This document shows positions 27,122-38,904 of a stretch of 53,874 nucleotides of DNA, in pieces. The translations under genes were made by a program, and so were the position numbers. This DNA comes from Octopus bimaculoides. Its lineage: Eukaryota. Location: positions 162,043,656 to 162,097,529 of the forward strand of contig NC_068982.1 of NCBI RefSeq assembly GCF_001194135.2, given 5' to 3'. The notes under the pieces are model-generated. The model searched no databases. It saw only the letters and a program-made list of their open reading frames with translations, and was not told the origin of the DNA. Position 1 is the stretch's first letter. The number at the start of each line of letters is the position of its first letter.

Positions 27122-27540
27122 AAGTGGCTATATAGTAAGAAGCTTGCTTCCCAACCATGTGGCCCAGGGTTCAGTTCTACTGCATGACACCTTGGGCAAG
27201 TGTCTTCGAGCCAACCAAAGCCTTGTGAGTTGNNNNNNNNNNTGGTAGACAGAAACTGAAAGAAGCCCATTATATGTATGTGTGTGTGTGTGTGTGTATA
27301 TATATAGATACACACACGTGTGTGTGTCTTTGTGTCGGTGTTTGTCCCCCTGCTACCAATTGACAATGGTGCTAGTGTGTTTACGTCCCCATAACATAGC
27401 AGTTCAGCGAAAGGGACTGATAGAATAAGTATCAGGCTTTTAAAAAGATAAGTACTGGAGTCAATACATTCAACTAAAAAATTCTTCAAAGTGGTGCCCC
27501 AGCATGGCCACAGTCAAATGGCTGGAACAAGTAAAAAGAT
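27122..27540 (+). mobile_element. tRNA-derived SINE, near full length
   Basis: Degenerate A/B boxes (gtggctatatagtaag; gggttcagttct), core caccttgggcaagtgtcttc...ccaaagccttgtgagt, internal (GT)n, and 3' part ...gccccagcatggccacag...gaacaagtaaaaga. Related copies lie at about 17765-17930, 18310-18545, 24211-24390, 34912-35140, 41480-41680(-) and 44600-44700. Confidence 0.8.
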
Positions 27541-30500
27541 GCTTTATTGCTGGAATATCATTGATCTATGATCAGCACTGAACTGGGGTTAAATTAAACA
27601 AACCTATCAACATGCAGCATACTTAAACTTTTTGATATTTCACTTAGAGTTAAATTTATTTTTAGTTTCTCTATTTCCTTAAATAAATACTATTGTATTT
27701 CATTGAATAATATGATAAAATATTTTTAATAATATCATTTCTTTAGTATTTCCACTACTATTACAATTTAATTCATATTTATTCATCGTTTTAGTTGAAT
27801 ATTTTAAAAATTCCCTCAAATTCTTGTAATCTTTTGATATGCTTTAATTTTCCTAATCTTAGTAATCACATATTATCTCTTCAAATCATGCAATTCATTT
27901 CTATTTATCCATCATAATTATTTATCTCTTTCCAAGATGTAAAATGTATTTTTTTTTTCTCTCTCTAATAATAATTCCAGTGTGTAAAGCTTGTCAGTTA
28001 CTTTATACTGTTTCTCACTATCTCTCTCTCTACATACACACACACATAGCCTTGAGCTATAATTGAACTTAAGAGTGGTCTTTGTTAGTTCTTATGCATT
28101 ATGCATTGTCCTAAGAAACCTTTAAATGTCAAAATATATCTGAAGACAACCAAAGATCATATCAGTGGAACCCTGATGTGGATAAATGAGGAAAAAAGAT
28201 AAAATAGTTGTTCACTGAAACCTGCAAACATTGCAATACATGTAGTGTTCAGGAACATGTGGTGCAAATAACCATCCTCATGTTTGTTGAATCATTTGGA
28301 GGGAGGGAACAGATAGCATGTTGTGGGAGGAGAGAATATTTAAGAAATTTCTCTTTGATGGTACCATTTCTATTGAAAAACTGAAATTCGAAAATTTGTA
28401 ACTGATAATTAGGAAATGAATACTGCTGTTTCCATAGAAAAATTGACTGGCAAATATTTCCAACTGTGAGAAGTAGTTGAGTGATGATTAGCAGAAGGAA
28501 AATGTATTCAGCGATTAAAAAAAAAATGAAAAAGAAATGGCTCTAACAAATAAACAATCACACCCATACTTGCAGGAAGAAAATGGATATAGTACAGGAA
28601 TGAGAGAAAGGCAGGGGATGATTCCATGATTTTTGGTGGTGGTACTTCACACCCCCAGATATTATCAAATTATCAGAAAAGCTTGATGTGTTACTTATAT
28701 AACTTTTGCATTCAGTCAGGTTGCCACAGACACATTCCACATCTTTTCTACAAATATTGCTTAATCCCATTGAAACCAAACCATGTGAGGTTACCTGTAC
28801 TAAAGTGTTATGTTCATATTTAAACCAAAATATCAGACCCCTCTAAAATCTTGATTATATTGAAAATCAATTAAAAGACTTCAGCAATTTACTTATTAGT
28901 CGTATAATCACAAAAGGGTTAAAATGATAATACGTTGATGTTTGATATATAATTTAACTAATAGTTCTTGTGTAAAATTATGGTGTAAGTTTATCCAACA
29001 GAAATCTCATTATCATTGATGTAATTATGAAATTTTGTTTGGGATTTTGATCAAAATATTTTGTATGAAAAGGTAAATGGGACCTTGGATTGGCTGGTAT
29101 TAAAAGGGTTAATGTCTTCAGTAATGTAACCGCATTGAATCTTTTGCAAGTCAGCTTTGTTTTTATTATATAATAGTAATACATTGAATAAAACTAAATT
29201 AACAGTCCTTTGAACCCAAAGCAATTAATCAAATTAGGAATTGTCTGGAACATTAAAATTGATTAAAAACAGTAACAATTCTGAAACTATAGAAACTTTA
29301 ATTGCAAGTTTGTGTAGTTTTAGTTCAACAATTTTAACTGCAACTGTCTTTCTCTCACCTTTATAATAACACTTTGCTACTAACATTAATTTAACTAATC
29401 TGTCATATGTTGGTTAATTAATTAAACTCTCTTATGTCTGCAACTGCAGTTTAGTTTCTCTCCCTATTGCTGTATTGCAAATCAAAGTGTCTAAGAAATC
29501 ATTGACTAAAATTAGCTTCTTAGTTCTTGGAAATTATTTAGTAGAGAAGTATGAGCCTGTTGATGGAGTAGATAATATCAGACTTAGTGTCAAGCAGTAT
29601 TTTGTCATAGCTTTTGTGAAGCTTTAAATTCAATTCCCACCAAAAATTTTTATTTTAATGATCTTCTGAGATCATTAAAATGTTTATTATTATAACCAGT
29701 CTATCAATGAAGTTGATTAAATTGATTGTTCTCCTTACTAAAATATGTGGCCTTCTGTCTATGTTAGATATTCCTATTGTTGTTGTTGTTCAAGGAATTT
29801 CTCTTCAAAGACAGGCCTATAGTCAATACTTACAATCTTCATTTCTGTGAGAAGCTTGCTCTTTCTTGTAATAGCATTGGTAGTGCTGGTCATCTATGAT
29901 CAACAGAACCAAGGTACAGATAATTGGCTGAATAACTACAAGTGGTCCATAAATTTACAGTTCCAGGTATTCCTTGCCAGTACCTAACTACATAGTACAT
30001 GCTGACAAGCTTCAATTGTGTGGTATACAGTATGACACACTGGACATGTACTCTGTCCACTATCCAGTCTATTTCTTGCACCTGTTGGTTGTGGTAGTAG
30101 TGTTTGTTATTTAGCCTCAGGTCAGTTTGACCCTGTCTTTCTGTTTTCCCTCCCAGTAAAAGTGTCCTATTTTTATATCTTAGCTTGAGGAGAAGGCAGT
30201 GTTCATGATCCTTTTAAGAGCATCTGTCATTGGTGAAAGGAAATTACCTCAGGCTAAAGTCCTGGCCTAAATGCTTGCTACAGTATGAACTCCACTAAAG
30301 GTGCTCAAGGGGCATGGTAGTTATGTTAAAGTGTGCAGTAGTTTAAGTCTCATTTCAGAGAGCTTCACACAGTCTCTATCTATGTAAATTACATTCGAAA
30401 GGCTTCATTGATTATGATCAATGACATTTAACCCAGTAGCACTGTAAATTGAACCTGAAACTACCTAGTCTGAACTTCTTAGCCATATGGTTAAGATCAA

Positions 30501-32004
30501 CTGGCACTTAATTCTTTTGACATATGAAAGATAAAGTTGACCCTGGCAAAATTTTAAGTCAGAATATAAACAGTAAGGCAACCACAAATTTTGTTGTCCA
30601 GTCTGTACCTTGTTATTCCTCTCTACAGTTGGTCATTTATGTTCATTCCTGTTCAAGCATACTTTTAATCAAATGCATGCCTTGCATGTCTATGACTGCT
30701 CTTTTCAAGACACTAATGTGCCATTTGATGGAAAATTGGTTGCTATTTCTAACTAGTTAAGAAGTGACCACTTAGTGACTCCCTTATTGTTGTGTTCTCT
30801 TGCCATCATCATAGTGCTTGCTGTTGTGAAGATAATTCCATTTAGTGTATCCTTCCAAACGTTGACCGTTTCTTTTTTTTTTTGCTATATCACATCGTGA
30901 TTTTCATCCCTTCATCCCCAACACCTTTTCTTGAAAGAAGGAAACCCTGACAGTTAAAATTATCTGTTGAATGTTATTCTGTTAGATTTTTTTTACTGAT
31001 GACAAATTGCAAGTGTACTTAGTGATCTGATCTTGGGTTTGTTAAGAATGTCTTGCTGAGTTTTAAGCTAGATAACAACTTCTTGATTGTGTGTTACTGT
31101 TCATATGTCCGTATGCATGTACTTGTATACTGTTCTATATGTATGTTTGTCTGTGTAAACAATTATGTTTCCCAGTCAATTGAGTTGGCGTTGCCTTGGT
31201 TAGTGTCTGATAAGTCATATCAGTTCCAGAAAGGTGTGAATGTTTTCCTATCAGAAAGGCATGAATACCATACAGTTTTAAATGGGCTTCCATATATATA
31301 TGTATGTGAGATTTATTATTGTCTCTTGTTCAGTTCTTCTGATGTATTCAGTGACTCTGCCTGATTATGTTGTACTTATGTGTGTAGACACATGTGGGTA
31401 TGTGCATATATACACACATACATATGCAACTGTGTGTGTGTGTGTGTGCACGCGCGCATGCACGCATGTACAGTGATGGATTTGAGTGTTTCGTTTATTT
31501 ACGACTTGATTTCTTAGAAAAAAATTATTCAATTAAAAAGCATGAATAAGCAACGCATTGTAAACCACACTATAATTTGCAAAAACACTTATCTGCACAC
31601 AGGGTATGCATTGCCCCTCCAATGCGTTTTTTTCATTTCTTCTGTACCTTCTTTTGCAACAAGTTCTCATCTTTTGCTATCACACTATTATCTGAGATAT
31701 TTATTATACATGGTTAGTGTTTCATGAATAGATCCTGTTGTTTTTTTTTTCTACCTCAAATTGGTATTTGTAATGTCTAATAGCATTCATATTAAAAATC
31801 TTTATAGTTCATTTATAATCACCTGAACTTTGTAAATTGCAGTTCATCTAAGTCTTGTAGTCTATACCATACTAGATTACACACATTGGAAATATCAACT
31901 CAGAGACCAATAAAACGTACAAGAAACACATCTCACAGCTGTGATATGGTTTAAATTTCTTGACAGTCACCAAGACACACCATCTTAAAATACTCTCTCC
32001 CTAG

Positions 32005-32220
32005 TTATAATTGATCTCAAATTTCAAATTTTGGCACAAGGCCAGCAAGTTCAGGGCAGTGGGTAAGTCAATTACATCAACTCTAGTGTTCAACTGGTGC
32101 ATCCCTGAAAGAATGAAAGGTAAAGTCAACCTCAACAGAATTTGAACTCAGAACATGGAAACAGATGAAATGCCTATAAGTGTTTTGCCCAGCAAGCTAA
32201 TGATTCTGCCAGTTTGCCAA
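32005..32220 (-). mobile_element. SINE-like dispersed repeat, third family
   Basis: Reverse complement of the 10470-10660 copy (core gaggtcagctttacctttcat...ccagttgagcactggg...gctggccttgtgccaaaatttgaa). Other copies lie near 5940-6120, 36000-36150 and 43200-43370. Confidence 0.7.
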
Positions 32221-33045
32221 ACACCAAAATTGCTGCAATATAATCTCACTATATTCAAAGTATACTGAATTGTTAACTACTATGAACTCCAGTGATATCA
32301 GATTTGTCAATCAGTAAATAACCAAGTCTGCCTCACTTCTACATATCCTCATTGTCACTGCTTGTCTCAGTTCATGACTGTCATCACACTGGCCCATCTT
32401 TTGGTTCTCACTCCACCTCCTGGCTATCACTATGCTTTTATATGTCTTTACTGTTTCTTTGTGCACTGCACTAGGAAGCACTACGAAATGCAAATATGAT
32501 CTCACATGAGACTGAAGCACAACATAGCTGACATAATGGGCATGTTGTTTAACCCTTTTGTTATTATATTTCTGTTGAAATGCACCCTCTTCGAATATTT
32601 AAAAAATTAATGAAGAATAAAGTAATACACACAGAATAGATATATATGCATTTGCTTATGATACTTATGAGAAATAGAGACAGGTGTATAAAAAAAAAAA
32701 AAAAAAAAAAAGTAAATATATAAATAGATAAATATATGAATATATAGATATATCTGCCACATACCTATAATAAATGTAAAACAGATAGATAATATCAATA
32801 AAACTATATAAAGAGCATGCATATATATGAAGCAAACACATACATGAAACTTCATGGATGGCCATATTATGTCAACAACACAACTAATACAATCAGCAGC
32901 AGCAGTGGTGCCGATGATGGCAATAACAACAACAACAACAACCACAACCACCACAATGGCAACACTGTGAACGAACACACATACACAGAGGAATACAGGA
33001 ACTGTGTCTTTTTGTTTTTCTTCTCTGGTCTTGGGACAGCAGCAG

Positions 33046-33664
33046 AAAATTTCATGTTATCAGGTTAATAAAGACAGTTATTTTACTTTATTGTTGTATT
33101 TCAGGGTGGTCATTTTATTTTTTTTTTTTTTCCAAATAAAAACATGCACTATATATATATGTATGTATGTATATACACATATATATATATATATTTTTTT
33201 TTTTCTTCACTCATTTATTACTGTTTAATACCTGTCCATTGTCCAGAAATCTTTCGTCACACATCTGTGATCTCCATTCTGTTCTTCTAAGATGTGTATC
33301 CTTATGTGCGCATGCATTTGTGTCCTTGTTTATGTGTGTGCGTATACTTGTGTGTGTGTTTGGGGCTGAAGGGAACACACACACAAGCATACGCACGCAC
33401 AAACAAGGACACAAACGCATGTGCACATAAGGATACACATCTTAGAAGAACAGAATGGAGGTCACAGATGCGTGACGGAAGATTTCCAGACAATGGGCAG
33501 GCATTAAAATAACAGTAATAAATGAGTGAAGAAAAAAAGACAATATATATATAGTGCATGTGTTTATTTGGAAAAAAAAACAATAATAAATAAAATGACC
33601 ACCCCGAAATACAGCAATAAAGTAAAATAACATTGTTTTTATTAACCTGATAACATGAAATTTT
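33046..33664. repeat. 619-bp imperfect inverted repeat (fold-back) with a 13-nt loop
   Basis: Left arm 33046-33360 (aaaatttcatgttatcagg...cttgtgtgtgtgtt), loop tggggctgaaggg, right arm 33374-33664 (aacacacacacaag...cctgataacatgaaatttt). Confidence 0.97.
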
Positions 33665-36177
33665 AATGGGAAATATGGATTTAGATCACTTTAAAACAGA
33701 AAGTTTGTATGATAGAACTAGGGGTGATGCTCTCAGTTGGGTTGGTATCAAAAGGGTAGTGTTAACTTTGAAGGTTCTATTGAATTATAAGGACATCTAC
33801 CTTTTGTGTATCACATACTACTTAACTCAAGAAAAGTTCATCTTAAAGAGAGGGATTGAATCAGTGGTCCTAAATTAAGTGTTAAGTAGGGAGAATGAAA
33901 AGAGAGAGAGAGAGAGAGAGCTGAGCTGAGCTTTCAACAACCTCAGAAGCTATAATTAGAGTGAGGGAATGTGTTATGTTAGATAATAAGAATACAAGTG
34001 ACTGAACATTGAGTTAATGGAATTAACTGTTTAATGGTAAGAGTGTTGTCAGTGTCAATTCCAGCATGTTTAGAAGTTGTATTATGTTGATATGTTAGTT
34101 ATAATGGAATGAATGAATACTTGGGTGGGGGTAGAATTTTATTTGCTCAAAATAGCTTTGTTGGTTTGTTGAGTGAAATAACAACAGGACAGTGACTTTT
34201 ACACTTAGAAAGGTCTTGTCTTCTTTCACATATGTTTATCATGGTTGATAGTGGTTGACCCTGGTTGTTTAGACCTAAGTTAGCTCTTCAAAACGATCTA
34301 TGATGAAAGGCATTTCAGCCATAACCATCATGCTGGCTTTTCATTTTAATGTCTAGAACTACATTGTACAATGTATCATATCTTTTGTAAGATAGGGTAT
34401 GATTTCAGGGAAATTTTACTTGTGTTTCTAACAGATCAAGGAAATGAGTTGAAGCTCTCTCATTGACTTAGAGTTCCTGATGGTAGGAGTGAGAAGTGAT
34501 CTGATTGGCTGTTTGTGTACCTAACTTCAAGAATGGGTTGTGTGTACTGAATGTCACTGAATGGCATGGATATGGGAGTGGATAGCATCTAGGTGTATTG
34601 CATGTACCTGTTAACATATGTCAACTATATGGAATATAGTTTATATATAATGGGTACCATAGTGTTTGTGGTATGCTGAAAAATACAAGTATCTTAGTGA
34701 AGAATCTATTGAGTTGAAAAATATTTTATCTAATTTTATAAAAATACTTTATCTAATAAAATAAATAAATCAATATATAGGATTGTCATTTAATAGGAAA
34801 ACGTCCTTAGCTTTTATCAAGTTATTTCATGCTGGTTGGTAGGGATAATTAGCTAGCATTAAGATTAAGCAGTTGAAAGTATAAAGGTTGTTGGAGAAAA
34901 TATCAGTATAGGAGCAGACATGGCTGTGTGGTCAAGAAGCTTGCTGAACCTGAAACCCACTGATTTCATGTGGCACCATGGGCAAAGGTCTTTTTATAGT
35001 TCCAGGTCAACCAAAGCCTTGTGAGTGAATATAGTGAACAAAATTGTGTGGAAGCTAACCATGTACATTCGTGTGTTTGCTCCCCACTCTGCTACTTGAC
35101 AACCATTGTTAGTTTGTTTACATCCCCAGACAAACTGAAAGAAGACTATCCTCTCTTTTTCTCATATATACACATATATATATAGGTTTCAAGATTGTAA
35201 AAGATTCAAATTCTGTCTAATAAGAGGAAAAAATTAAGTTTCAATTTTCTATTCAATAATTTAAAATAATGCTTCATGAACTAAGAAATCCTGAAATAGT
35301 TTAGACATTGAGAAATAATTGATTATACAATAAGAACACAAAACTTAACTAGTAATAATTCAATTACATAAAGCATTGCGAATACTTTGAGTGAAAGGTG
35401 ATTTTCTAACCCATCTAGGAAGAGCAGAAATGTACCATCTAATTCATGCAGGTATGGAAAATGGGTGTAGAACATCTATGATGATTTTAATTCATCTGTT
35501 ACTTCTACGGTAGAGATATATCTTATCTGCCTTTGCAGAAGTCACAACACTTTCTTAGTTACTGAATGTTTTAAGATAAGGTGCTGGTCCTGCATGTTTC
35601 CTTCTTGAAAACTTACCTTTGAATAGCAATTCATTTTACCTTTCTCCTGACTCAGAATTATTCTAATGTGAGGATGTTAGAAATAATTCTCTGGAAAGAC
35701 ATATGCACAAAAGTGTAAATTCTTATTCTGTCAATCCTAAGATATATATGCATCCCTGTCATTATAAATGGTGCTACTTGCTTCAAATCTTTTGTGAAAA
35801 TATGTCTGACCATAGGGGATTATTACCTTGCTTGCTTATAGGTGAGAGAGGGCATCCAGCTATGAAAACCAATCTCAGTGTATTCTGTTTAACTCATACA
35901 AACATGGAAAAGGGGACATTAAAATGATGAGGAAAATTATGAAGAGGAAGATGATGACGATGCTGGTTGAATGGTAGACTTGTTACAGCATCAGATAAAA
36001 TACCTTGCAATATTTATTTTAGTTCTTGACAGTTTGAGTTCAAATCTTACTGAGGCTAAGTGTGCTTTTCATTACACGAGAGTCAGTAAAATAGTTAAGT
36101 GCTGGAATCAATGTAAATAATCTAACCCCTCCTCCAAATTGTACTAATATTTGGAACAAATTCCCTTTTTCTTCTAT

Positions 36178-36215
<38 letters not shown>

Positions 36216-36613
36216 GTGGCAGCTATTTACTTAGGTCCATTTATATCTTGATTTAAAATGCTGTCAACATCAAATTGTCCTTTTATCTTTTGAGGGTGAA
36301 TATGATTAATTAGAATTGGTATAGATTAAATGAACCTTTAAAATTTGTATAGTTGCTCTATACAAATTTATGGATTTGTGCTAAAGTAATATTGTAATTA
36401 TTCGAAGGTTATGAGTTGCTAGAAACTATAGACTGAATGAAATAATTTTCTGTTTAGTTTCATCCTGCTGAATTAGAGTCCAGCATTCATTTATAAAAGT
36501 TTGATAATAAGCTATATATTAATGAGTATGAATTCTCTGCACTGCAGTGAAGTGTACTATTTGTGAGCTGGTTGTAGATGTACTTGAAAAGACTTCAGAA
36601 TTTACTAAGTGAA

Positions 36614-36615
<2 letters not shown>

Positions 36616-36656
<41 letters not shown>

Positions 36657-37128
36657 NNNNNNNNNNNNNNNNNNNNNNNNNNNNNNNNNNNNNNNNNNNN
36701 NNNNNNNNNNNNNNNNNNNNNNNNNNNNNNNNNNNNNNNNNNNNNNNNNNNNNNNNNNNNNNNNNNNNNNNNNNNNNNNNNNNNNNNNNNNNNNNNNNNN
36801 NNNNNNNNNNNNNNNNNNNNNNNNNNNNNNNNNNNNNNNNNNNNNNNNNNNNNNNNNNNNNNNNNNNNNNNNNNNNNNNNNNNNNNNNNNNNNNNNNNNN
36901 NNNNNNNNNNNNNNNNNNNNNNNNNNNNNNNNNNNNNNNNNNNNNNNNNNNNNNNNNNNNNNNNNNNNNNNNNNNNNNNNNNNNNNNNNNNNNNNNNNNN
37001 NNNNNNNNNNNNNNNNNNNNNNNNNNNNNNNNNNNNNNNNNNNNNNNNNNNNNNNNNNNNNNNNNNNNNNNNNNNNNNNNNNNNNNNNNNNNNNNNNNNN
37101 NNNNNNNNNNNNNNNNNNNNNNNNNNNN
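36616..37128. other. (TA)n run leading into a 472-N assembly gap (36657-37128)
   Basis: Seen directly. Other gaps: 19580-19589 (10 N), 25729-25907 (179 N) and 27233-27242 (10 N). Confidence 1.
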
Positions 37129-37645
37129 GCCACATTTGTAATATGTCTTTTCTTCTACATTTTTTCGTGCAGCTGAAGATTGCTCTTCATATTGCATTTA
37201 AGGTAATGCTCACATTACTTAAATAAATTGAAGTAGCATGAAATGTGCGTACTGCAATCACTTTTGAAATCCGTGTTGCTTATTATTTGATATATATATA
37301 TATAGATTTAGATATACAACTATAGATGTACACACACACATATGCATACATACACGTGTATATTTGTGTGTATATGTACATATGTGCATGAATGCACACA
37401 CACATGCAAACTCAAAACTCACTCCTATTCTTTTACCAGTTTCAATCATTGATTAGCAACCATACTGACACATTGTCTTCAAGAATTTTGTCAGTCAGAT
37501 CAACCCAGTACTGTTCCTTTTTGACAAGTCACTATGTTATGGGACATAAAATAGCACAATATTGACAACACCAGTTCTAGATTACTTACACACAGACGTG
37601 TGTGCATGTGTGCACACACACATATATTCACATATATAGACCCAC

Positions 37646-37687
<42 letters not shown>

Positions 37688-37803
37688 CAAACGTGTGTGT
37701 GTATGTATATATGTATGTGTGAATACACATTCACACATCATACATATTATCATTGCTTTTACATCTGTTTTTTTGCTTGCTGACATGATGATAGTGTGTG
37801 TGT

Positions 37804-37838
<35 letters not shown>

Positions 37839-38236
37839 TTTGTTATTATTTCATATCTTTTCTTTCTCTTTCTCTTTAATAATTATTGTTATATATTTAT
37901 ATATTGTTACACTCCAAGAATTGAACTCCTTTACTACCTGTTACCATAGTGCTGAAAGACAACTAAAGTTTTTAGAAAGAAATAAATATTCACCCAAATT
38001 CCATTATATCCATTCAACACTAACACTCTCAGCCCATATTTCTTGTTCTTTACACATATCTTCATTCCCTCGTGTTTAAGCTCAAATTGCAAATGGTGAT
38101 GGTGAGCGGGGTGGTTAAGATTATAAAGGGATTCTATGTTGTAGCATTTCTTTCTCATTCACTCATTCTGCTATACTAAAACAGTGGTGGCAGATAAATA
38201 GTAGAACTCCTGTAGCAAACAGCTGCTACATCCAGG

Positions 38237-38271
38237 TATAAATAGACATTATACAACCAGCAGACCATTCT
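38237..38271 (+). promoter_or_regulatory. Putative core promoter: TATA box plus initiator
   Basis: TATAAATA at 38237-38244 and CCATTCT (YYANWYY) with its A at 38267, exactly 30 nt downstream of the first T. A CAGCTG E-box lies just upstream. About 550 nt upstream of the candidate first-exon ATG. Confidence 0.5.
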
Positions 38272-38817
38272 TCACTCAGACATTGAAACTATCAGCTTGC
38301 TTTGCTAATTTCCCTCTTCTCATCATACTAAGAAAATTTTCTAAACACTGCTGCCTTAGTGTCAGGAGTTGTCATCGCTGTTGTAATAGTTCAATTCTAA
38401 TGTATACGTGGTATAAGTTTTTTTATTCAGTCTCTGTCTGACATTTTTACTTCGTCTTACTGTTCACTCCAGTGAATGTGCTTGTCCCATTATAGATCTG
38501 TATTTAACACATTCATATCGATTATATTTTATTGACTTTGTCAAATATTTGCTTCTGCCTGTGTTGATAGTAACAGACTGATTGATTTGTGATGCTCCTT
38601 GTGGTCAGCTGCTAAATTAAAAAGAAAACTTTCTCCAGAAAATGGACTTAAAAAGAAAAGAGAGAGAGATCTCTACAGATGCAGCTATGAGTGGGATGAC
38701 ATTTTTCTCTTCTTGAATTATCACTTGGCAAACAACTTTGTGTTGGACTACACTGGAATCTATTCTCGGATATTTAATTGATTTCACAAAAAGAGGATGA
38801 CTGTCTAATATTTGGGA

Positions 38818-38904
38818 ATGTTGCTTTTTCGATTATTACATTGGAAACAAAAAGTGCGAGACAAAAGAGCTGAGAGCTATGATGGCACCGATAGCAATGT
38901 CTTG
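38818..38904 (+). CDS. TRIO: Putative coding part of an alternative first exon of Trio (MLLFRLLHWKQKVRDKRAESYDGTDSNVL)
   Basis: ATG has a purine at -3 and an in-frame TAA lies at 38806-38808. The 29 codons end at a strong donor TTG|gtatgt in phase 0, the phase of the SH3 exon acceptor. No AG lies between the stop and the ATG, so it cannot be an in-frame cassette exon. Prediction only. Confidence 0.6.

Noticed and set aside
28760-28774. LNPIE motif suggesting a Tc1 transposase relic
   Set aside because: Only five residues, and the surrounding DDE motifs are not recoverable.
31542-31609. ATG-initiated frame ending at GG|gtatgc in a mildly CpG-rich patch
   Set aside because: The donor is phase 2 and incompatible with the SH3 exon. 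No homology.
32817-33068. ORF with S/N/H-rich protein-like text (MKLHGWPYYVNNTTNTISSSSGADDGNNNNNNNHNHH...)
   Set aside because: Built from (CAG)n/(AAC)n microsatellites. Its only donor-like site (TCAG|gttaat) is weak, phase 1 and inside the fold-back arm, so it does not fit the phase-0 SH3 acceptor.
35446-35457. ATG CAG|gtatgg, a possible two-codon first exon in phase 0
   Set aside because: One such donor is expected by chance in 41 kb, and I found no promoter evidence.
36519-37226. Long ORFs of 176-205 aa in the supplied track
   Set aside because: Artefacts of the N gap and (TA)n run. The same applies to 25617-25968 and to the many CV/HT/YI-rich microsatellite ORFs.
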